Assembly (NCBI GenBank): GCA_045590015.1
Contig: JAZNQE010000025.1
Location: forward strand, 57,970-121,969
DNA length: 64,000 bases
Direction: 5' to 3'
Origin: Candidatus Onthomorpha sp.
GTDB lineage: Bacteria; Bacteroidota; Bacteroidia; Bacteroidales; P3
Numbering within the stretch: the stretch's first letter is position 1; each line of letters opens with the position of its first letter. The notes beneath the pieces are model-generated. The model was not told where the DNA came from. It searched no databases and saw nothing but the letters and a program-made list of their open reading frames with translations. The position numbers and the translations under genes were made by a program. Of this stretch, positions 38,245 through 48,074 are shown piece by piece.

Positions 38245-39330
38245 TTAGCCCTTAATTAATTTGTTTTCCAATGCTTCTACAACTTCTTGTGGAGTAGGTA
38301 TTATACCACCGTAACGTCCGAAGTATTCTACTGGACATTTGAATTCAGAAGCAAGTTTTACGTCATATACCATTTGACCTGCTGACATCTCAACAGTAAG
38401 GATTCCTTTAACTCTTTGTGCCAATGCTTTGATTGGTTGAGTTGGGAATGGGAATAAAGTAATAGGTCTTAACAAACCTACCTTTATACCTTTTTCTCTT
38501 GCAAGTTGAACTGCTTTGTGAGCGATACGAGCACATGAACCGTATGCCACAAATACATAATCAGCATCTTCGCACATTATTTCTTCATACAAAGTATCGT
38601 TCTTTTCCATTTCACGATACTTAGCTTGGAAACGATGGTTGTTTTTCTCTTGTTTAGATGAGTCAAGTTCCAAAGATGTAACTATATTGTGGTCTCTGTG
38701 AGCTGGCTTTCCGAATGCAGCCCATGGAGCGTTCTTTGCGATTTCTTCATCTGTCCAACGAGGAACGTAATCTCCAACATAAACTTTCTCCATTACTTGT
38801 CCGATAGCTCCATCGGAAAGAATCATAACTGGATTTCTGTATTTGAATGCTATATCCCAAGCTTTGAACACGAAATCGTACATTTCTTGAACGCTAGCTG
38901 GTGCAAGAGTGTACAATTGATAGTCTCCGTGTCCACCACCCTTTACAGTTTGGAAATAATCTGCTTGTGAAGGTTGAATTGTACCCAATCCTGGACCACC
39001 TCTCATAACATTAACAAGCAAACATGGTAGTTCTGCTCCTGCAAGATAAGTAACACCTTCCTGCATCAAAGACATTCCAGGAGAAGATGAAGATGTCATA
39101 ACTTTTTTACCTGTTGCAGCACCACCATATACCATATTGATTGAGGCAACTTCACTTTCTGCCTGCAAAACGACCATACCGGTTTTTTCCCATGGCATTT
39201 CAGCCATCAGATGTTCCATAACCTCAGACTGCGGAGTGATAGGATATCCGAAATAGCCGTCACAACCGGAGCGAATTGCTGCTTCTGCAATCGCTTCGTT
39301 ACCTTTCATTAATTTTAACTCTTTTGCCAT
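38245..39330 (-). CDS. korA: 2-oxoacid:ferredoxin oxidoreductase, alpha subunit
   Basis: MKGNEAIAEAAIRSGCDGYFGYPITPQSE and the domain layout of KorA/VorB. Confidence 0.8.
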   Translation of the reverse strand: MAKELKLMKGNEAIAEAAIRSGCDGYFGYPITPQSEVMEHLMAEMPWEKTGMVVLQAESEVASINMVYGGAATGKKVMTSSSSPGMSLMQEGVTYLAGAELPCLLVNVMRGGPGLGTIQPSQADYFQTVKGGGHGDYQLYTLAPASVQEMYDFVFKAWDIAFKYRNPVMILSDGAIGQVMEKVYVGDYVPRWTDEEIAKNAPWAAFGKPAHRDHNIVTSLELDSSKQEKNNHRFQAKYREMEKNDTLYEEIMCEDADYVFVAYGSCARIAHKAVQLAREKGIKVGLLRPITLFPFPTQPIKALAQRVKGILTVEMSAGQMVYDVKLASEFKCPVEYFGRYGGIIPTPQEVVEALENKLIKG

Positions 39331-39351
39331 TTCTTATACAGTTTTTTTCGT

Positions 39352-39570
39352 TTATAATTTTGCTTTGTAAACTGTTATAACTCCATCAGGGCAAACCATA
39401 CCACAAGATGCGCATCCGATACAATCGCCATTTACCATTTCGGCATAATTATAACCTTTTACATTCACATTTTTTGATAGAGCGATAACTTGTTTAGGAC
39501 ATACGGAAACACATACTCCACATCCCTTGCAACGCTCAACATCAATTACAATTGCTCCTTTTATTGCCAT
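39352..39570 (-). CDS. korD: 4Fe-4S dicluster ferredoxin (delta subunit of the oxidoreductase)
   Basis: Two CxxCxxCxxxCP motifs in 72 aa. First gene of the operon. Confidence 0.8.
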   Translation of the reverse strand: MAIKGAIVIDVERCKGCGVCVSVCPKQVIALSKNVNVKGYNYAEMVNGDCIGCASCGMVCPDGVITVYKAKL

Positions 39571-39615
39571 TGCTGTTTGTTTTTAATGAATAATTTACTT
39601 CTTTATTTCGAACTC

Positions 39616-39623
39616 CAAAATTA
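39616..39623 (-). promoter_or_regulatory. -7 box TAatTTTG upstream of korD
   Basis: CAAAATTA on the plus strand, 46 nt upstream of the ATG at 39570. Confidence 0.5.
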
Positions 39624-39745
39624 TGAATTTATTTTGATATAGCAAAGAAATTTGCATTAAATATTATTTTATCCTTTTTCAAAAACAAAGAACTAATTGC
39701 TTTGTTGGTTGTTGTATATCCAAAAAACAACAAAAATTATATATC

Positions 39746-40324
39746 ATGAAAAAATTAGAATTAATGCAGTTACCATACTCTATGGAAGCATTAGAACCAC
39801 ACATCGGACGTTTGACAATGGAATTTCATTATGGGAAACATCACCGTGCTTATGTCGATAATTTGAATCGTCTTATCCAAGGAACAAAATTTGAAAACAT
39901 GTGTCTTGAAGACATTATCAAAGATTCGGACGGCAGTATCTTTAACAATGCCGCACAAGTTTGGAATCACGATTTCTATTGGAATTGTCTGAATCCAGAG
40001 AATGAAAAAATGCCTATTGGAAGTCTACACATTGCCTTAGAAAAAAAATACGGCGGAATTGAAGAATTCAAGAAGCAATTCAACCTTGCGGCGATGGAAT
40101 TATTCGGTAGTGGTTGGGTATGGCTGATAAAAAACAAAGAAGGCAAATTAGAGATAGTCAAAACCTCGAATGCAGGGAATCCGATTTGCGAAGAAAAACA
40201 CCCATTGCTTGTTTGCGATGTTTGGGAGCACGCTTATTATCTTGATAAGCAAAATAAACGAGCAGAATATTTGGAAGATTTTTGGAAATTAGTTGATTGG
40301 GAAAAAGTATCGGCAAGATACTGA
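39746..40324 (+). CDS. sodB: Fe/Mn superoxide dismutase
   Basis: LPYSMEALEPHI, FHYGKHH, DVWEHAYYLD. Metal specificity cannot be called from the sequence. Confidence 0.9.
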   Translation: MKKLELMQLPYSMEALEPHIGRLTMEFHYGKHHRAYVDNLNRLIQGTKFENMCLEDIIKDSDGSIFNNAAQVWNHDFYWNCLNPENEKMPIGSLHIALEKKYGGIEEFKKQFNLAAMELFGSGWVWLIKNKEGKLEIVKTSNAGNPICEEKHPLLVCDVWEHAYYLDKQNKRAEYLEDFWKLVDWEKVSARY

Positions 40325-40445
40325 CAATAATATTTTAACCCATTACTCATAAACTCAAAGAGGTGAGGCAATGCGGCACTTTACTTCGACTTATTCTGCT
40401 AAATAACAAAGAATCAATTGCATCTGCTTCACCTCATTTTGTTTT

Positions 40446-40871
40446 TCAATCTATTTTTCTGCCCACCATTCGAACGGCCGAAGAAATCAATTCCCTGCAA
40501 GGCCTTATCGGTTTTGTATTTCCTGCTTCAATTCCCCTCAATCGCTTACATATTATCTCTCCACACTCATCACGAAATTCATCAACAAGACTCTTTGTCC
40601 AATCATACGTTTTTTCTAAATCAGTTTTCCCTTCCTGATTCTTGTTACCTTGCACAAAACCTGCCAACATTGCCATTGCGCTGACACAACCGCAAACCTC
40701 TCTCATCTTTGCCACTCCACCGCCAAATGCAGCCGACATACTTTCTGCAACATCCGCATTCAATCCCAAATCTTCCGCAAAAGTCATCACAACACATTGC
40801 GAACAATTATAGCCTCGCTTATGCAATTCAACAGCTTGAGCAACTTTTCTTTCAATTTCCGTTTTCTCCAT
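40446..40871 (-). CDS. C_GCAxxG_C_C-family putative redox protein
   Basis: [15 protein letters not shown] and two C-terminal Cys residues, in a 141-aa protein of the right size. Confidence 0.55.
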   Translation of the reverse strand: MEKTEIERKVAQAVELHKRGYNCSQCVVMTFAEDLGLNADVAESMSAAFGGGVAKMREVCGCVSAMAMLAGFVQGNKNQEGKTDLEKTYDWTKSLVDEFRDECGEIICKRLRGIEAGNTKPIRPCRELISSAVRMVGRKID

Positions 40872-40918
40872 ACATATCTCTTTTTCTTATTAACGTCTGT
40901 CCTATTTTAATATTTTGT

Positions 40919-40926
40919 TATCTTTG
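40919..40926 (+). promoter_or_regulatory. -7 box TAtcTTTG upstream of pyrF
   Basis: 26 nt upstream of the ATG at 40952. Confidence 0.5.
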
Positions 40927-40951
40927 CAATTCATTATTAAATCAAAAAGAC

Positions 40952-41776
40952 ATGAACAGAAAAGAGCTAATTGAATTGATATATCGCAAGAAGAGTTTTC
41001 TTTGCGTAGGATTGGACAGCGACATTACAAAATTGCCAGAATGCGTATTGGATAAAGAGGATCCAATCTTTGAATTTAACAAAGCCATTATTGATGCCAC
41101 ACTTCCTTACACAGTAGCCTACAAACCTAATTTGGCTTTCTATGAATCTCAAGGCATAAAAGGCTTAATCAGTTTGAAGAAAACAATGGACTATTTAAGA
41201 CAATTTTCAAACGAATGCTTTACAATAGCCGATGCAAAACGCGGAGATATAGGAAATACATCTCAACAATATGCGAAAGCATTTTTGTCTCCAGAAAGCG
41301 ATTTCGGATTCGATTCTATGACAATCGCTCCTTACATGGGTGAAGACTCGGTACAACCTTTTACTGTTTACGAAGGAAAATGGGTAATCCTGCTTGCATT
41401 AACTTCAAACAAAGGTGCAAACGATTTTCAGTTTACAACAGACAAAGAAGGCAGCAGATTATTTGAAAGCGTCTTGACAAAAGCTCAACAATGGGGCACT
41501 CCGGACAATCTAATGTTTGTCTGCGGAGCTACACAAGCTACAATGTTTGAACGAATCAGAGAATTAGCTCCAGAACATTTCCTTTTAGTTCCCGGAGTTG
41601 GTGCTCAAGGTGGCTCACTTGCAGAAGTATGCAAATATGGTTTGACTAAAGACTGCGGATTGCTCGTAAACTCATCTCGAGGCATCATTTTTGCAGACAA
41701 GAGTCAAGATTTTGCAAAAGTAGCCGCTGAAAAAGCGAAAGAATTGCAAGAAGAAATGGCTTCTTATTTGAAATAA
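40952..41776 (+). CDS. pyrF: orotidine 5'-phosphate decarboxylase (type 2)
   Basis: [27 protein letters not shown]. Start at MNRKELIEL, 26 nt after a TAtcTTTG box. The ORF-track N-extension overlaps the antisense gene. Confidence 0.85.
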   Translation: MNRKELIELIYRKKSFLCVGLDSDITKLPECVLDKEDPIFEFNKAIIDATLPYTVAYKPNLAFYESQGIKGLISLKKTMDYLRQFSNECFTIADAKRGDIGNTSQQYAKAFLSPESDFGFDSMTIAPYMGEDSVQPFTVYEGKWVILLALTSNKGANDFQFTTDKEGSRLFESVLTKAQQWGTPDNLMFVCGATQATMFERIRELAPEHFLLVPGVGAQGGSLAEVCKYGLTKDCGLLVNSSRGIIFADKSQDFAKVAAEKAKELQEEMASYLK

Positions 41777-41780
41777 GGTT

Positions 41781-44483
41781 TTATATGTTCCGCAATGCTT
41801 TGACCAAAGTAGAGAAAACTTCTCCTCTATGTTCGAAATTGCGGAACATATCATAACTGCTGGCTGCCGGAGAGAGCAAACAAATCTTTCCTTTCTCAGT
41901 ATTTTCTGCACACCATTTCACAATAGCCTCGTAATCATCACAAACAAAGGCATTGTAATCAAGTCCTGATTCACTCAAGATTTCGTTCATTCTCTTGCCT
42001 GCCTGACCTACAAAAACAATGTTCTGAACAGAAAAGCGTTTTAGTTCTTTTGCAAGAATGCTATAGTCGATTCCACGATCTTTTCCTCCAAGAATAAGAG
42101 TCTGAACATCTTTCAATGCTTCCAGTGCTGCAATTGTCGCTTCAGGAATAGTACTTATGCTATCGTTGTAATAACTTACTCCATCAATTACCCCAATCGG
42201 TTGAAGTCTGTGTGCCAAAGGCTCGAAGTTTATCATACTTTCAATTGCCTTTTCTTTATCCAATCCCAATATCTCAACAACTTTCATTGCCGCAACCGCA
42301 TTCGATTTGTTATGTTCACCTTTCAAATATTTCAATTCGGGGTAATGATACCCTTCCTTTACGAATCCTATAAGCGTAGAGGGCAAATCATTGGCTTGAA
42401 TCAGGTTTTGTATTCTCTTGTCATCAGAATCAAACACAAAATAATCCGACTCGCTTTGTTTGCTTGCAAGATTGAATTTTGCGCTCCAATATTCTGCACA
42501 ATCACCAAAATGATCCAAATGTTCCTCATAAAGATTCAATAAAACGGATATATGAGGCGACCGTTTGATAAATTGCAATTGATGAGCTGACATTTCGGCA
42601 ACGATTATCGTATCTTTGTTTATCGAATCTATTGTCTCGAAAAGTGGCACACCTATATTACCTGCAAAGACCACATTCGGAGTTTGATCTTTTATTATCT
42701 TATAAATCAAACTACTTGTGGTACTCTTGCCTTTTGTTCCGCTTACTGCGATCGTCTGAGAGGCAAAAAGTTGAAGAAAAATATCGCTTTGAGATGTGAT
42801 TTTATCCTTCGGAACAAACGGAATATTCTTATAAGGTATTCCCGGGGCTTTTATGAATAGCGTTCTATCATTCAGATTATCAACACCAAGCAAACAGTAT
42901 TCTAAATCTTGAAAAGATTTTTTTGTTTCTTTGTTTTGAGAAATTGTTTCTTGATTTCGCAAAATCAGTTCTTTGTTTCCGTCAGCAACCACAAGAGAAC
43001 AATCTGCTCCGATTCGTTCAAGCAGTTTCACAGTTGAGATTCCCTCTCTTCCATATCCCAACACAGCAACTTTCTCCGAAGCAAACATACGTTTTAATTC
43101 AGCCTTGACAATGGCAGCGTATGAATCGGCAAAGATCTCGAAGTCTCTTGGCAAAAGGTTATGCTGATTTTGCAAGGTGAACAAATTATGCGAGTCGGTC
43201 ATATCAAGACAAGATTGAGAAAACGGAAGTTGTAACCACTCTTTCAACAGTATTTCTTTTTCAGAACCAGCCTCTCGTTTTATTCTCATCGCAATCGCCA
43301 TATTTACCTCATCGATAGTCCCTACGCATTCGAAAGGCTTTTGCTCTCCAACCCCACACAATTCAAACAAATAGTCTTTCAGATTTTCGTCTTCAAAGAG
43401 ATTCTTTCCGAATACTTCTGACAATAGTTTCGTTTCAACAAATGGAGACAAGATAATAAAGGCAAAAAGACACTTAGGGCAGTTCCCACACCATATATCT
43501 TGTTTTGAACCTGCGTTACAGCTTTTGAAAACGTGATGATATTTTAATTCGGAAAATAATTTCGCTATATGCAGTTCTGATAACGGGCGAAGGAAACTGA
43601 AATAGTTAAAGTCTGTTGATATGTATTTTGCAACGTATGAGCGGAAATCATTTTCAAATTCAAGGCTTTTTGAATATTGATGATTGATTTTTTCTCCCTT
43701 TACGGTAGATTCGTTTGCTGAACTTTCATTTGAAAGAGCTATGTGTTTGCGTTTTGAAAAGGCTGCTGTTAAAAGACTTGTAAATGCCAACATCGCAGAA
43801 AAAGGCGTATGTCCATTCAAATATCCTTCGGCGTTTAACTCCAATAAATGAGAGTCTATCGTTCTTCTGTCTTCTAAAATTTCATCTCTCTGAATCTTTG
43901 CTTGCTTACAACAATCCAAAGTCGCTCCTCTCGGATTTATTATAAACGTTCTGACATCTCTTCCTGCTCCATAAAGCAAATCAAGGCTCACAACAGAATC
44001 CTTACCTCCCCCGATCGGAACAATGTATTTGTCTTCCAGATCGAATGCACAAGGTTGCAATTCTTTATCTGTATCGAATGCGAAATTAACAAAACTATTT
44101 ATATCTGTTTTTATGCCGTTTATGAAAAAGAATTCACCCAATCCATAGAAGTAAATCTTTCTCCAAAATGCCAATTGTTCACTATCAAGTTTGTAATCGT
44201 GTATCAGAATAGTAGGAGAACAGAACGCTTTCCAATAACTCACCAATTCTATCATTCCGATATTGAAAACAAGTAAATCCAATTGTGCTTTCGATAGATG
44301 ATTGAACGAATAAAATTCTTTGGCCTTGAATGTATGAGTTGGAGTAAAAGAATGGTTCCTACAATAAAAGTGAAATTTCAGTACAAAATCACCTTCTACG
44401 ATATCATATTCAAATCCCCTGTATTCAAAGCAAGGATAACTTTCTCTCAATTGATTATATTTTTCTTGATTTTTCACATTCAT
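41781..44483 (-). CDS. bifunctional fusion: N-terminal PP-loop-type ATP-utilising domain (MurL-like candidate) + C-terminal MurD-type UDP-MurNAc-L-Ala:glutamate ligase
   Basis: The N-part (aa 1-465) has YIVPIGGGKDSVVSL and a CNAGSKQDIWCGNCPKC Cys cluster. The C-part starts at internal Met466 (MFASEKVAVLGYG) with SGTKGKST, NDSISTIPEA, LGGKDRG and LLSPAASSYDMFRNFEHRG. Confidence 0.6.
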   Translation of the reverse strand: MNVKNQEKYNQLRESYPCFEYRGFEYDIVEGDFVLKFHFYCRNHSFTPTHTFKAKEFYSFNHLSKAQLDLLVFNIGMIELVSYWKAFCSPTILIHDYKLDSEQLAFWRKIYFYGLGEFFFINGIKTDINSFVNFAFDTDKELQPCAFDLEDKYIVPIGGGKDSVVSLDLLYGAGRDVRTFIINPRGATLDCCKQAKIQRDEILEDRRTIDSHLLELNAEGYLNGHTPFSAMLAFTSLLTAAFSKRKHIALSNESSANESTVKGEKINHQYSKSLEFENDFRSYVAKYISTDFNYFSFLRPLSELHIAKLFSELKYHHVFKSCNAGSKQDIWCGNCPKCLFAFIILSPFVETKLLSEVFGKNLFEDENLKDYLFELCGVGEQKPFECVGTIDEVNMAIAMRIKREAGSEKEILLKEWLQLPFSQSCLDMTDSHNLFTLQNQHNLLPRDFEIFADSYAAIVKAELKRMFASEKVAVLGYGREGISTVKLLERIGADCSLVVADGNKELILRNQETISQNKETKKSFQDLEYCLLGVDNLNDRTLFIKAPGIPYKNIPFVPKDKITSQSDIFLQLFASQTIAVSGTKGKSTTSSLIYKIIKDQTPNVVFAGNIGVPLFETIDSINKDTIIVAEMSAHQLQFIKRSPHISVLLNLYEEHLDHFGDCAEYWSAKFNLASKQSESDYFVFDSDDKRIQNLIQANDLPSTLIGFVKEGYHYPELKYLKGEHNKSNAVAAMKVVEILGLDKEKAIESMINFEPLAHRLQPIGVIDGVSYYNDSISTIPEATIAALEALKDVQTLILGGKDRGIDYSILAKELKRFSVQNIVFVGQAGKRMNEILSESGLDYNAFVCDDYEAIVKWCAENTEKGKICLLSPAASSYDMFRNFEHRGEVFSTLVKALRNI
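42915..42982. repeat. 21-bp repeat family, locus 9 (inside CDS 41781..44483, in frame)
   Basis: TTTTTGTTTCTTTGTTTTGAG AAATTGTTTCTTGATTTCGC AAAATCAGTTCTTTGTTTCCGT. Confidence 0.8.
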
Positions 44484-44550
44484 CTCTTCAGAATTGGAAT
44501 AAACAGCAACTTAATCAGAACAAAGATATACAAAAAAAACTTTACAAAGG

Positions 44551-45582
44551 CTACAAATAGGAAATCAATTCCGCAACATCTTCTTTTGTAGTAGACCAAT
44601 CGGTAACGAATCTGACTAACGAACGTTCCCCTTTTCCACTACCCCATATCTCAAAACTGACTTTTTGTTTTAACTCCTCGATTTTGCTTTTCGACATATA
44701 AAAAAACTGTTGATTGGTCGGAGAATCCGAATACGGTTCATAGCCTTTTGAAATGAATGCTCGTTTTATTTCCATTGCTCTATCGATTGCGTTCTTTGAG
44801 AGCTTGAAATACAGATTATCTGTAAACAAGGTCTCAAACTGCATTCCCAACAAGCGACCCTTTGCCAATAATGCACCATGTTGCTTTATCAAAGAAAAGA
44901 AATGTTTCAGTCTTTGTTTATTTTTGACAACCACAGCTTCTCCAAATAAAGCCCCCACCTTCGTTCCGCCGATATAAAACACATCAGAATATTTTGCGAT
45001 ATCTTGAAGTGTTACCTTGTTTGTTTCTGCCATCAACCCATATCCCAATCTTGCTCCATCAATATACAAAGGTATCTCGGCTTTTTGACATACGGCATAA
45101 AGTTCTTTTAGTTCTTCAAGCTCATATATAGAACCCAATTCGGTAGGAAAACTGATGTAAAGCATCCCAGGGGCAACCATGTGTTCGTATGACTCATCTG
45201 TATAAAAATCTTCAATATATCTTTCTACATCTTTTGCACTCACTTTTCCATTATTTGATGGCAATACAAGAACTTTATGTCCCGAAGCCTCTATTGCACC
45301 AGATTCATGAACGCTTATATGACCGCTTTCTGCCGCCATTACACCTTGATGCTTTGCAAGAAGCCCATCTATTACTGTTGCATTGGTTTGTGTCCCCCCT
45401 ACCATAAAATAAACCTCTCCCTCTTCCAATTCACACAAATCAAGTATCAATCGTTTTGCTCTTTGACAATAATCATCCAAACCATAGCCAACAGTTTGCT
45501 CCATATTGCTTGCAGACAACCTTTCGATTATCTCTTTGCAAGCTCCTCTCATATAATCGGTATCGAAATGCAACATAATCAA
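44551..45582 (-). CDS. ltaE: low-specificity L-threonine aldolase (PLP, beta-eliminating lyase fold)
   Basis: FDTDYMRG, GGTQTNA, YIDGARL, GGTKVGA pattern. Confidence 0.7.
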   Translation of the reverse strand: MIMLHFDTDYMRGACKEIIERLSASNMEQTVGYGLDDYCQRAKRLILDLCELEEGEVYFMVGGTQTNATVIDGLLAKHQGVMAAESGHISVHESGAIEASGHKVLVLPSNNGKVSAKDVERYIEDFYTDESYEHMVAPGMLYISFPTELGSIYELEELKELYAVCQKAEIPLYIDGARLGYGLMAETNKVTLQDIAKYSDVFYIGGTKVGALFGEAVVVKNKQRLKHFFSLIKQHGALLAKGRLLGMQFETLFTDNLYFKLSKNAIDRAMEIKRAFISKGYEPYSDSPTNQQFFYMSKSKIEELKQKVSFEIWGSGKGERSLVRFVTDWSTTKEDVAELISYL

Positions 45583-45612
45583 TCTCTATTATTAAATAAC
45601 TAAATACAAAGA

Positions 45613-46188
45613 TTAAAAATATAAATGCTCAATAAGCGTTTTTACTCCTATCAAAATCAAAATCGCTCCTCCCAAAAACAAAGCAATTCTTGGTTTTATA
45701 AAGTGAACTCTTTCTCCCATTTTTACGCCTATAAACGAAAATATGAATGTAGCAACAAATATCGCCAATATAGCTATCACTTGTTGCATTATAGTCCACA
45801 TCATACTAAAACTTATTCCAACAATGAAAGCATCTATGCTTGTGGCTAATGATAATAAAATTATGACTTTAAGACTTGAAACATCGAAGATTTTTTCTTT
45901 CAACTTGAAGTTTCGTCCGTCCATTATCATCTTAAGTCCTATTATAAACAACAATGCAAATGCTATCCAATGATCTGCTTTTGACATGATAGAACTGAAA
46001 GCATCGCCAAGCAAAGCTCCCAATAATGGTAACAATGCTTGAAAAAATGCAAAGCTAAATGCAAGTAAGAATGTTCTTTTCTTTGTCAGTGTTTTTTGTA
46101 AGCCACATGTGATGGACACAGTGAAAGAATCCATGGACAAAGCCACTGAAAGGAAAAGTATTTCCAATATATAAGCCAAACTAATCAT
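45613..46188 (-). CDS. mntP: manganese efflux pump MntP
   Basis: Two DUF204 repeats (LSMDSFTVS / TSIDAFIVG) and six TM segments. Confidence 0.8.
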   Translation of the reverse strand: MISLAYILEILFLSVALSMDSFTVSITCGLQKTLTKKRTFLLAFSFAFFQALLPLLGALLGDAFSSIMSKADHWIAFALLFIIGLKMIMDGRNFKLKEKIFDVSSLKVIILLSLATSIDAFIVGISFSMMWTIMQQVIAILAIFVATFIFSFIGVKMGERVHFIKPRIALFLGGAILILIGVKTLIEHLYF

Positions 46189-46966
46189 TACTTAATAATT
46201 TTGTTATGTGAATAAATTGTTCAGTTGTCAATTGTTCTGCTCTCAATGTAAGCAAAGAATCTTCTATCTTTTCGAGAGAAAATCCGAGAGGTTTCAATGC
46301 CGAACGCAACATCTTACGTCTTTGATTGAAAGCAGTCTTTACAATTCTTACAAACAAAGTTTCATCACAATCTAATTGTTTTACATCATTACGAATCAAC
46401 CTTATGACTGCAGATTTCACCTTCGGAGGTGGTGCAAATACGTCTTCATTGACCGTAAACAAGTATTCTCTATCGTAGAACGCAGAAAGAAGAACCGAAA
46501 GTATGCCATAGGTTTTACTGCCATTTGATGCTACGACTCTCTCTGCAACTTCCTTTTGAAACATTCCCACTAATTGGGTTACTTTTTCTCTATTCTCAAA
46601 CAACTTAAACAAAATCTGATTCGATATATTGTAAGGGAAGTTTCCCATTATGGCATATTGGTCTGAAAAAATATTATCTAAGTCCATTCTAAGGAAGTCT
46701 CCCTCTATCAAATTTGGAATTAGAATAGGGTAATTCTCCTTCAGATACGCCACACTCTCGGTATCTATTTCTATTACTTTAAGTTCATTTACCGAAGAAT
46801 TCTTCAAAAGATATTTTGTCAAAACTCCCATCCCAGGACCTATCTCTAAAACAGAGCTATTGCCTACAAGGCTGAATGCGATTCGCTCTGCAATACTTTC
46901 ATCTTTCAAGAAATGCTGACCGAGATACTTCTTTGCTTTTACTTTTTCCATGATTATTTTTTTCAA
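46181..46966 (-). CDS. rsmA: 16S rRNA (adenine1518/1519-N6)-dimethyltransferase
   Basis: KKYLGQHFL, EIGPGMG, GNFPYNIS. Confidence 0.9.
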   Translation of the reverse strand: MKKIIMEKVKAKKYLGQHFLKDESIAERIAFSLVGNSSVLEIGPGMGVLTKYLLKNSSVNELKVIEIDTESVAYLKENYPILIPNLIEGDFLRMDLDNIFSDQYAIMGNFPYNISNQILFKLFENREKVTQLVGMFQKEVAERVVASNGSKTYGILSVLLSAFYDREYLFTVNEDVFAPPPKVKSAVIRLIRNDVKQLDCDETLFVRIVKTAFNQRRKMLRSALKPLGFSLEKIEDSLLTLRAEQLTTEQFIHITKLLSND

Positions 46967-46984
46967 TTCAAGAAAACGATGTCT

Positions 46985-47125
46985 CTTATTTCTTAAATCA
47001 ATCTACTGAAACTTTATATGGATAAAATAATTCTTGATTTCAGTATTACTGATTCTTGATTCTAATTTTTCCTTTCTTGATTTTGACGAAATGATTCTTG
47101 ATATCACTTCTTTATTTCTTCGATT
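46985..47125. repeat. 21-bp repeat family, locus 10 (4-5 forward units)
   Basis: AAAATAATTCTTGATTTCAG TATTACTGATTCTTGATTCTAA TTTTTCCTTTCTTGATTTTGAC GAAATGATTCTTGATATCAC. Confidence 0.8.
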
Positions 47126-47161
47126 CGATATTTGCTTTTCAACAACGAAATCTTCAATGCT

Positions 47162-47204
47162 AAAAAAGGGCATGCCAAACTGGTTTTTGACACGCCCTTT
47201 TTGC
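47162..47204. terminator. bidirectional terminator downstream of tsf
   Basis: AAGGGCATG ... CACGCCCTT stem flanked by A6 and T5 runs. Confidence 0.7.
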
Positions 47205-47222
47205 TGTTTTTAAGATTTGAAA

Positions 47223-48050
47223 TTATTCTCCCAATTCTGCACGTTGGAAACTTGAAATCGTCAAATCTTTATCTATTTTTCTCAAGTGCTCTTCTACAGA
47301 AACCTTTGCTTCACGTGTATATTCTTGGCTTAGCAATGTACTTTCCTTAAAGAACTTGTTAAGTTTACCTTCAGCAATTTTTTCAACCATGTTTTCAGGT
47401 TTGCCTTCTTCTCTTACTTGAGCTCTGTAAACTTCCATTTCTCTTTCGATAACTTCAGCAGGTACAGTTTCTTTATTCAAAGCTACTGGTCTGCCTGCAA
47501 TTACCTGCATTGCCATTTCTTTACCTTCTTCGTCGTATCCTGCTTTTGACAAGCCAACTACTGAAGCCATTCTGTTACCTGGGTGAACGTAAGAATATGT
47601 AGCAGCTGCTTCGATTGGTAAATAGTGAGACAATGTAATCTTCTCTCCAATCTTAGCAACTTGTTCTACTATCATTGTTTCAACGCTCTTACCTTCGATT
47701 TCAAGAGCCAAAACATCTTGCATCGTTTGTGCTTTTGCAGCCAATGCAGCATCCAAAACTGTCTTTGTAAACGCTACGAAGTCTTCGTTCTTTGCCACAA
47801 AGTCTGTTTCGCAGTTCATCATGATAACAGCTGCAAAAGTTTTATCAGCGTTAACTCCTGCTAAAACTGCTCCTTCTGAAGCATCTCTATCAGCACGTTT
47901 TGCTGCCAACTTTTGACCTTTTTCTCTAAGATAATCAATTGCTTTATCCATATCACCGTCACACTCAACCAAGGCTTTCTTACAATCCATCATTCCGACT
48001 CCTGTACGTTGTCTTAGTTCGTTAACAAGTGATGCTGTTATATTTGCCAT
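47223..48050 (-). CDS. tsf: translation elongation factor Ts
   Basis: VNELRQRTGVGMMDCKKAL UBA-like N-terminus and typical EF-Ts sequence. Confidence 0.95.
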   Translation of the reverse strand: MANITASLVNELRQRTGVGMMDCKKALVECDGDMDKAIDYLREKGQKLAAKRADRDASEGAVLAGVNADKTFAAVIMMNCETDFVAKNEDFVAFTKTVLDAALAAKAQTMQDVLALEIEGKSVETMIVEQVAKIGEKITLSHYLPIEAAATYSYVHPGNRMASVVGLSKAGYDEEGKEMAMQVIAGRPVALNKETVPAEVIEREMEVYRAQVREEGKPENMVEKIAEGKLNKFFKESTLLSQEYTREAKVSVEEHLRKIDKDLTISSFQRAELGE

Positions 48051-48074
48051 ATCCGTATGTTTTAAATGAAAAAA

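Noticed and set aside
40709-40951. 81-aa N-terminal extension of the pyrF ORF
   Set aside because: It overlaps the opposite-strand C_GCAxxG_C_C gene and contains the TAtcTTTG promoter box. The PyrF homology begins at MNRKELIEL.
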